Shown here piece after piece: positions 1 through 6,727 of a stretch of 64,000 nt of DNA; position 1 is the stretch's first letter, and each line of letters begins with the position of its first letter. The position numbers and the translations under genes were made by a program. The DNA is taken from contig CAYSFP010000008.1 of the NCBI GenBank assembly GCA_964430075.1, positions 145 through 64,144 of the forward strand. Direction: 5' to 3'. Under the pieces are notes generated by a model. That model was not told the origin of the DNA. It did no database searches and worked only from the letters and a program-made list of their open reading frames with translations. The stretch comes from an uncultured Planctomycetaceae bacterium (GTDB lineage: Bacteria > Planctomycetota > Planctomycetia > Pirellulales > Lacipirellulaceae).

Positions 1-11
1 CGCAACGTCGA

Positions 12-141
12 AAAAGTGGACAAAATGGACGCCCAAACGGGTGGCTCCCCTTTCACAACCCCTTGCCAGATCAGCATTTGCAAAACGCGCTGTCCGCTGT
101 CCTGTCCCAAACGCGTTTCCCGCGCACTCCGAAGTGTCCAG
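12..141 (+). repeat. TGTCC/GGACA-box dispersed element, copy 1 (truncated by window start)
   Basis: Blocks aaaagtggacaaa (12-24), caaccccttgcc (56-67), ctgtccgctgtcctgtccca (90-109) and tccgaagtgtccag (128-141) recur reverse-complemented at 36544-36673 with identical spacing. Confidence 0.85.
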
Positions 142-153
142 TTCCCCTCCGCC

Positions 154-230
154 GCTACACCCGCAGCAGTTCCAGCGGCGACTGCCAGAACAGCCGCGGC
201 GCAAATACGGCCGCCAGGTCCCCGGCAAGC
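154..230 (-). repeat. Duplicate of the 3' end of the GNAT gene
   Basis: 154-201 is identical to 1574-1621 (48 bp). The minus strand reads ...DLAAVFAPRLFWQSPLELLRV*, versus ...ALAAVFPPRLFWQSPLELLRV* in the intact gene. An in-frame stop lies upstream, near 333. Confidence 0.9.
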
Positions 231-407
231 CGCCGGGACGAGAGCCCGATCAGCTTGGCCGACTGGTCGGCCGTCCTCTCTCCGCGAACTGCGATGGAGC
301 CCAGAACACTGCTTAGAAATCGGCCTCGCCGTTATGGGTTTTGCACTCTAATTGGAAGGACGCGGTGCGCCATTATTCGCGAGGCATTACCTACGCTTGG
401 CGAGTGT

Positions 408-941
408 CTAGTCCGGACGTGAGATTGCCGCGAGCGCCCCGAAAGCCAGCGCTGCGAACGTCAACGCTCCGAGCACGTCGAGTAGCGTGAATTGTCGGCG
501 CGGTTTCGGCTTCAAAAGGAGCGCCAATGCCGCCGTCACCGCCGTTACGGACCAGTGGGGCGGAGAAATGCGCCACTCACGCGGACGAATCCAATTGTAT
601 CCCAGAAAGCCGACTTCCGAAGTGGGCTGAACACCGATGTACGACATCAAGAATTGCGTGGCTTCTAGATATTGCTCTGCCGGCAACGATCGTATTTGCC
701 ACCCCCGGTAGTGCTGGTTTTTGTGCACAGTTTTCCAACAAATGGCGAGGTGGCCACGCCATGAGGTCACGCCGAGATTTTGATTATCCGGCAGCGGTCC
801 GTTAATCCACTCGCACCGATAGTAGCTGCGCACCCACAAAGCAGATGAGCCGATACACGCGGTGAGGCATGCGAGGAATGCGACATGTCGCATGCCTCGT
901 AGTCCGACGCGAAGCCAGCGGCGCTTGGGGGCGGTCGGCAT
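408..941 (-). CDS. Hypothetical membrane protein with planctomycete-type PKRRW..LR leader
   Basis: 177-aa ORF with hydrophobic segments, LWVRSY and PPHW motifs and a C-terminal RRQFTLLDVL. Confidence 0.7.
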   Translation of the reverse strand: MPTAPKRRWLRVGLRGMRHVAFLACLTACIGSSALWVRSYYRCEWINGPLPDNQNLGVTSWRGHLAICWKTVHKNQHYRGWQIRSLPAEQYLEATQFLMSYIGVQPTSEVGFLGYNWIRPREWRISPPHWSVTAVTAALALLLKPKPRRQFTLLDVLGALTFAALAFGALAAISRPD

Positions 942-965
942 TTTTTGTGTGGCTGTGTCGAAACG

Positions 966-1307
966 TTAGAAGCCGCCTCGGGAAGGCGCTCGGGATACCT
1001 TCGCTTCGGGAAACAAGTCCTTAGCAATTTGCAACTCGGCGTCAGTTGCGCCGGGCAGGTTGATCTCTCTCACCGCTCTGTCGCCCAGAAACTTGCTAAG
1101 CGGCCAAGTTCTCGGGTTCCGTGCTATCGGGACATAGCCGATGCTCGTTCCTCGCGGCGTCTCGCCGACAAACAGCGTGTCGATGTAAGCCTTCCGTTGT
1201 CGCATGACATGGGCACTCCAACCTAACCAAGTCGCCAACCCGGTCATGACCAAAAACAGCCCGCGAAGGCTGAAGTGCAACCAGCGTCGTTTGGGGGCGT
1301 CGGCCAT
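966..1307 (-). CDS. Small hypothetical protein with PKRRWLHFSLRGL leader
   Basis: N-terminus MADAPKRRWLHFSLRGLFLVMTGLATWLGW, a leader plus TM pattern common in planctomycetes. LRR-cap-like C-terminus. Start could be 1316. Confidence 0.7.
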   Translation of the reverse strand: MADAPKRRWLHFSLRGLFLVMTGLATWLGWSAHVMRQRKAYIDTLFVGETPRGTSIGYVPIARNPRTWPLSKFLGDRAVREINLPGATDAELQIAKDLFPEAKVSRAPSRGGF

Positions 1308-1458
1308 ATTTCCCATCAGAGCAGCGAGGCAAACTTCCGAAGCATCGACAGCCGGGGCGTTCGTTGTGTTGAGAAACTGCTACCGGCTAAAAGAGGCCCG
1401 CAATACGGCCATCGCTGCATCCGCTCAAAGTCCACGATCTGCAATGATAGACATTCTG

Positions 1459-1556
1459 CCGCGGACGCCAAACAAGGCCATCCACATTTCCTCGTCATTT
1501 GCATCTTTGCAATTCTCCCCCCTCCGACCTTGGCGCTCTTGGCGACCTTGGCGGTT
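1459..1556. repeat. 9-bp periodic mini-element
   Basis: cttggcgct-cttggcgac-cttggcggt at 1529-1555, with a degenerate inverted arm ccgcggacgccaaacaag at 1459-1476. Confidence 0.55.
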
Positions 1557-1574
1557 CCTCCCCTTCGTGAAATG

Positions 1575-2996
1575 CTACACCCGCAGCAGTTCCAGCGGCG
1601 ACTGCCAGAACAGCCGCGGCGGAAACACGGCGGCGAGCGCTTCGGCGACTCGCTCGGAAGAAACCTGCAGCCGCCCGGCCGTCAGCGCTGCCGGGATCGA
1701 CAAGTTGCTCAACAGCAGCGAGTCCATGATCGGCCGCGCACAGGCGACCCAATCTGCCGGCAGCTCCGCGACCCGCTCCAGCCGCGCGCTGCGGCGCGTG
1801 AGCGTGAACCGGTAGCGATCCTCGCCAAGGTCGAAGCCCAATTCCCATGGCCGCGCGATCCCCGCCGCCCGGGCCCGCTCGTGCCACGCCGGATAGAACC
1901 GTTCGGTCCACTTTTCGGGCGCGAGCAATTTCGCCATCCATCGCGCTCGCCCCGCGCCAGCATCGCTGATCCACTGCCCCCCAGCGGTCACGAGCAGTTC
2001 ATGCAGCGGGTCGCTCGCCGGCGTGAACAGCGAGATCGAGTTGTGATCGCGATCCATCGCGTCCTGGCACGCCCGTGCCAAGAGCTGCGTCTGCGCGGCG
2101 GCGAACTCCTCCAGCGTCGCCATCTCGATGATGCACGAGCCGCGGACCACGGCGTAGCCGACGACCTTGCCGCATGCGTGGACGTCATCAGGCGGCAGAT
2201 CGTTGCCGCCGGCGGCGCGATCCTCCACCGCCAGCAGGATTTGATCCTGCGCCTTGCGCCCAATCAGCCATTGCCACCCCAACTCGGAGCGGAGCAGCGG
2301 CCCCCACTGGTCGACGGCAAACAAATGGTAGAGCGAGCGAACTGCATCAAGCTCGAAATGCCGCCAGGTACGGACGGTCAGCGGCGTCCTTTTAAGCCGC
2401 CGCCGCGCTGCGTCCTGCGCATCGAGGTGCGCGAGCACGGCGCGTGCATTGGCCCGCGTGTGACCCTGGCCGCGCAGCAGGCTCCAGCCCCGCCGGGCGA
2501 AAAACTCGGGCGTCTCGGCATGCACGATGCCGACGACGGCGCCCTCGCCCGCGGCGATGTCCTCGGCAGAGTCGAGCAAGCGTTCGCCATAGCCCGCCGA
2601 GCTGAACTCCGGCAGCGCGGCAAAGTCCTGCAGCTTCACCACCGGCACGCGCTGCCCCTCGAACCACGCGATGTGGTCCGCGACATGCACATGCGCCACC
2701 AGGTCGCGCTCGCGGCGCACCAGCAGCCGATCGCTGGGCCGGTAGCTCGGCTCGTCGAGCCGGCTCTGAAAATCCTCGCCGAGGGCGGCGTGCCGCGTTT
2801 CGACCAGCAGCTTCAAGACCAGGGGATGATCGCCAGCATTGCCGGCAACGATGCGAACGCCGTCGCCCAGCACCTGCACGCAGGCGGCGTCAGCGCAGCC
2901 GTAGACGTGAGCCGACGACGAACCATTCCCCGCGCCAGCATGCTGGCGAGAACGTCCGCCGGTCGGCCCCTGGCTCCATTCCGTAGGGGCGGACAT
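1575..2996 (-). CDS. Eis-like GNAT family N-acetyltransferase
   Basis: GNAT motif A-like segment DFAALPEFSSAGYGERLL, then PEFFARRGW, a second GNAT-like repeat and an SCP2-like C-terminus. Confidence 0.75.
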   Translation of the reverse strand: MSAPTEWSQGPTGGRSRQHAGAGNGSSSAHVYGCADAACVQVLGDGVRIVAGNAGDHPLVLKLLVETRHAALGEDFQSRLDEPSYRPSDRLLVRRERDLVAHVHVADHIAWFEGQRVPVVKLQDFAALPEFSSAGYGERLLDSAEDIAAGEGAVVGIVHAETPEFFARRGWSLLRGQGHTRANARAVLAHLDAQDAARRRLKRTPLTVRTWRHFELDAVRSLYHLFAVDQWGPLLRSELGWQWLIGRKAQDQILLAVEDRAAGGNDLPPDDVHACGKVVGYAVVRGSCIIEMATLEEFAAAQTQLLARACQDAMDRDHNSISLFTPASDPLHELLVTAGGQWISDAGAGRARWMAKLLAPEKWTERFYPAWHERARAAGIARPWELGFDLGEDRYRFTLTRRSARLERVAELPADWVACARPIMDSLLLSNLSIPAALTAGRLQVSSERVAEALAAVFPPRLFWQSPLELLRV

Positions 2997-3166
2997 CGAC
3001 GATACCTCGAGCTCTGTGTTCCGGCAGGGCCCGCGCTCGCGTGATTGTCGTCCGATTCGTGCGATGGACGCACGATCAATCTTCGTCCAGTTGCCTCCAA
3101 CTTTGGTGCAGAATTGCGCCGCCTCGAAAAGCCATCACGCGAGCGCCTCTTGTTCCGAGTGTGAGC

Positions 3167-4843
3167 CTATCGCGCGGGAAAGGGGAAATCCAGAAAAAAA
3201 TTCTGAAGAAGCTCGCGCGGAAACAGGCAGGAGGCGTACTCCCGGGAGTCCAGCACGCGGTTGGACCGCAGCCGCGCGGTCGCCGAGGCAAGCTGTCGTT
3301 CCAGCACCGCCCGCTTGCCGGAGACGAACTCCTGCAGCGCCGCGTTGGCGGCGACGATCCCCTGATGCCGCGCCGCCGCAGTTTCCGCCTGTTTCGGCGT
3401 GTTCACCCATTGGCGCTTAACGGCAATGAGCTCGGCAACGTTGCTGGCCTGCCGATCCGCTCCGTTGCCGTCGTCGGTCAAGTCGATTTGTCGCTCAGGA
3501 TGAAACGTGAGCTCGCGCAGTTCCAAACGCAGCCGCCGCACGTCGTCGGCGCTTGCCTGGGGATGATCGATGGGCAGCCGCAATGTTCCCGTGATCGCGG
3601 CAAACCGCGGAGGCGCCGAGCCGAAGAACCGCCGCGCGATTTCGTCGGTCGCTTCGTCGTACTTGGCCCCGCCGATGCCGTGGACAAATACGTCGGCTAG
3701 GGCCAGGCGGATGAACATCGTCGTGATCAGCGCACGGGACCGCAGCTTGACGCCCTCGGCCTCCCAGCCGAGCAGCGCGTCCACGGCATCCGCTCGACGA
3801 GCCGAGGCGGCGACGGGGAGCAGCCGCTCCCAGTTCCGCCGATCGGAGGCCAGCAGCCCGCCTGACGACGGACGAACGAACAGCGGCCGGCGCCGGCGAT
3901 CATCGGATGTCCAAATCCAGAACGGCGCCTCCCGCCACGGACCGTCCGTAGCGAGGTCCGGCACGGGGTGGGCATGATTACGCAGCCGATGCGACTGCCG
4001 GTAGCCGTGCAGCGTGCCGTTGTAAGCCGCCGCAAAACGTGGCAGATCGGTCAAAATGGCCAGTGCGAAGCGGTGAAACGCCGTGGTTCGGCAGAGGCCG
4101 CTTTGCGCGAGCTCAAGATTGCCGCGCCCCCAGGCGGCTTCCGCGCGGGATCGCGCCTGGTCCAGCGCCGTGCCGAGCAATCCCGTCGTAGTGCCGCGCT
4201 CGACAACCGTGGGCCACCACTCGTCCAGAAAACGCTCGGGCGCAAGCTTCCCGCATTCGTCAGCCACGCGCTGGGGAAACGACTTCCAGAGCTGCTCATC
4301 CGCGATGGGACGCTCCTCCCACGGCAGCGCCGACATGGTCGCATCGTAGTCGACGATCGCGAAGTGCGGCGCGTCGACTGTGCCGCTGGGAACCAGGATG
4401 GACGGGCTGCGGCACAGGTCGGCGTCGATCGAAATCTGCAGCCCAACGCCGCCGTGAGCGCGCGCCGCTTCAGCGACGACAAAGTTCTTCAGCCACACGC
4501 CCGGATGAATCAGCCCCGGTTGGTGGCCCGTGACGATCAAGGGCCCCAAGTGGTCGAGTCTCTCCGAGACTCGAAAAGCCGATTCAGGCCGATCGATCTG
4601 CAACGTTGAAGCTGGTGAAGGACGAGTTACGGAATCCGAGTTTCGGAGAGACTCGGCCACTTGCAGCACTTCGGCGCGTGCCTTCGCGGCAAACTCCGGC
4701 AGCGACTCGCCCAGCACGTCGAACTGCACGTGCTCCCGCCACGCGTGGTTCTCGGCCAACAGCGCCGGCAGCCCGCGCCACGAGGGAACGGCGAGCTTTT
4801 GCCCGCTTTCGGCTGGTGCGCGATAGCGGGCGTGCGGCGGCAT
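3167..4843 (-). CDS. Conserved hypothetical, BshC-like HUP-fold putative ligase
   Basis: IVTGHQPGLIHPGVWLKN resembles the BshC VVTGQQ region. FVHGIGGAKYD resembles BshC YIGGPGE and is followed by a coiled coil. Confidence 0.55.
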   Translation of the reverse strand: MPPHARYRAPAESGQKLAVPSWRGLPALLAENHAWREHVQFDVLGESLPEFAAKARAEVLQVAESLRNSDSVTRPSPASTLQIDRPESAFRVSERLDHLGPLIVTGHQPGLIHPGVWLKNFVVAEAARAHGGVGLQISIDADLCRSPSILVPSGTVDAPHFAIVDYDATMSALPWEERPIADEQLWKSFPQRVADECGKLAPERFLDEWWPTVVERGTTTGLLGTALDQARSRAEAAWGRGNLELAQSGLCRTTAFHRFALAILTDLPRFAAAYNGTLHGYRQSHRLRNHAHPVPDLATDGPWREAPFWIWTSDDRRRRPLFVRPSSGGLLASDRRNWERLLPVAASARRADAVDALLGWEAEGVKLRSRALITTMFIRLALADVFVHGIGGAKYDEATDEIARRFFGSAPPRFAAITGTLRLPIDHPQASADDVRRLRLELRELTFHPERQIDLTDDGNGADRQASNVAELIAVKRQWVNTPKQAETAAARHQGIVAANAALQEFVSGKRAVLERQLASATARLRSNRVLDSREYASCLFPRELLQNFFLDFPFPAR

Positions 4844-4868
4844 GTGTCGGGGAGATTCGGCTACGACT

Positions 4869-5666
4869 TTACTGGCAGCAGCAGGGCGTGAACTCGCTGC
4901 ATGGCAGCGCAGCGAAGCTGCTGGCGGTCGCCTGCGAGCGGCAGGCTTGAATCGCCTGTTCGATCACCGAGTGGTAGTAGGCCAACCGCGTTTGCGCGTC
5001 ATCGAGCGACCCGCCAAAGCTGCGCTTTTCGTCGAGATAGATCAGCGGCACCGCCGCCTCCGTGATCCGCAGGCCATGAAACGCTGCCTGCACCCAAAGT
5101 TCCAACGGCATCGCGTAGCCGGGGTCGGTCACGTTGAGGTGCTTCAGGGCCTGCACACGATACGCCTTGAATCCGCAGAACGCGTCCGTCAGGCTCAGCC
5201 CCAGCCGGCAGTTCAGCTCGTCGGTGATCTGCAGATTGATCCGCCGCCGATCGGCCGGCGCGAGACCCACGGGAATATCGACGCCCAAATAGCGGCTGCC
5301 CGACACGATGTCGACGCCGCGACAAGCTTCCACCAATTGCGCGATACGCTGCGGCTCATGCTGCCCGTCGCAGTCAATGGTCACCAGCACGTCGTAGTTG
5401 TGCGCGATCGCGTAGTCGAAGGCCGTCCGCAATGCAGCGCCATAACCCCGGTTCGTCGGATGGGTCACGACGGTGATATCGCTGCGCTGGGCGAGCAGCT
5501 CGCGCGTGCCGTCGGTCGAGCCGTCGTCGACGACGAGGATGTCGCCCGCGTTTCGCACGACCTGATCGAGCACGGTCGTGACGTACCGGGCCTCGTTGAA
5601 CACGGGCAACGCGGTCAGATAACGCACGGCGGCGGGGACGGCTTCCGTGGAGCGGTGTTTCGACAT
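4869..5666 (-). CDS. Glycosyltransferase family 2 (DPM1-like)
   Basis: ALPVFNE, VVDDGSTDGT, NRGYGAAL, TIDCDGQH and VSGSRY motifs. Confidence 0.9.
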   Translation of the reverse strand: MSKHRSTEAVPAAVRYLTALPVFNEARYVTTVLDQVVRNAGDILVVDDGSTDGTRELLAQRSDITVVTHPTNRGYGAALRTAFDYAIAHNYDVLVTIDCDGQHEPQRIAQLVEACRGVDIVSGSRYLGVDIPVGLAPADRRRINLQITDELNCRLGLSLTDAFCGFKAYRVQALKHLNVTDPGYAMPLELWVQAAFHGLRITEAAVPLIYLDEKRSFGGSLDDAQTRLAYYHSVIEQAIQACRSQATASSFAALPCSEFTPCCCQ

Positions 5667-5855
5667 GGCTTCGTCGGCGTGGGGCCTGGTAGTTCTCGGT
5701 TCCAGGATTCTACGGCCCGTGGGCCGCAGTGGTTCTTCGGCAATCCTTGCCCCCGGCCTGTACGGCCCCATTCTAGACCGCGGCTTGAGAGGGTCAACAA
5801 ACCGCCCGGTGAGGCGAAAAACGCTGCCCAGGCGGCACTTACGGCGCGGGCCCGC

Positions 5856-6644
5856 TCAGGCGAGCCGAATCGGATCGCGCTCGGTCCGACTGGCCCAAAC
5901 CGTCACCTCGGCGAGCTGATCGGTCAAATAATCGGAGAGCGACAACAGGGCAAAGCGCTCGCTAGCAAAGTGGCCGGCGAGCACGACGCTGATCCCCAGG
6001 GCTTGAGCCTCCAGGCAGGTATGGAACGTCAACTCGCCGGTCATCAACGCGTCGCACTCGCGCGCCCGTGCGGCCTCAAGGAGCGATCCGCCACTGCCGC
6101 AGGCAATCGCCACGCGAACGATGGGTTTGTCAGCGGCGCCCACGATTCGCACGGCGTCGGCGCTGAGAAACTCTTTGGTCCGCGCGGCAAGCTCGCCAAG
6201 CGTCAGCGGCTCGCCGACCGTCCCGCACCGCCCCGTGCCGACGTCGGGATCGTCGCCCGCGGGCACAAGGGGATGAATCTCCTGCAATCCCAGGCCGATC
6301 GCCAGATGCTGGTTGATGCCCACCGACGCGGAATCGAACGCGGTGTGCGGGCTGTAGAGCGCGACGCCGTGGCGGATCAGCTCCAGCAGCAGCCGACCCG
6401 CGGTCGTGCGGGAGGTGATGGATTTCACCGCGCGGAACGGTAAGGGGTGGTGGGCCACGACGAGCTGGGCGCGGCCTTCGACGGCCTCGGCGACCGTCTC
6501 ACTGGTGACGGTGAGGCACGTCATCACCCGCTCGGCGGGCCAGGCGGCGTCGCCCACCAGCAAACCGACGTTGTCCCACTCCTCGGCAAGCGCCAAAGGG
6601 GCCAACTGTTCCAGCACGTGCGCAACCTGTCCGACGGTGGGCAT
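5856..6644 (-). CDS. Nif3-like dinuclear metal centre protein
   Basis: APLALAEEWDNVGLLVG, AHHPLPF, YSPHTAFD, TGELTFH and GHFASE motifs. Confidence 0.92.
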   Translation of the reverse strand: MPTVGQVAHVLEQLAPLALAEEWDNVGLLVGDAAWPAERVMTCLTVTSETVAEAVEGRAQLVVAHHPLPFRAVKSITSRTTAGRLLLELIRHGVALYSPHTAFDSASVGINQHLAIGLGLQEIHPLVPAGDDPDVGTGRCGTVGEPLTLGELAARTKEFLSADAVRIVGAADKPIVRVAIACGSGGSLLEAARARECDALMTGELTFHTCLEAQALGISVVLAGHFASERFALLSLSDYLTDQLAEVTVWASRTERDPIRLA

Positions 6645-6727
6645 ACCACAAATCGTAAACGCTCGTCGGGCGGTCAAGCAAGACGGCGCCCGCGGCGCGG
6701 CCCGCTGCGACGGGACGCAGTGCAAGC

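Noticed and set aside
16-351. ORF 16-351, with 36499-36753 and 39063-39287, as a real small-protein family (KVDK/CPLSCP/RSVQ)
   Set aside because: The shared peptides come from blocks that are 100% identical at DNA level including wobble positions, and the rest is unalignable. A non-coding constraint explains this better, though it is not fully excluded.
1275-3044. Long alternative-frame ORFs (also 4842-6443, 17387-19645, 32157-34034, 45414-47000, 61362-63047 and others)
   Set aside because: They are antisense or out-of-frame shadows of well-supported genes in high-GC DNA, are Arg/Ala/Pro-rich and carry no family motifs.
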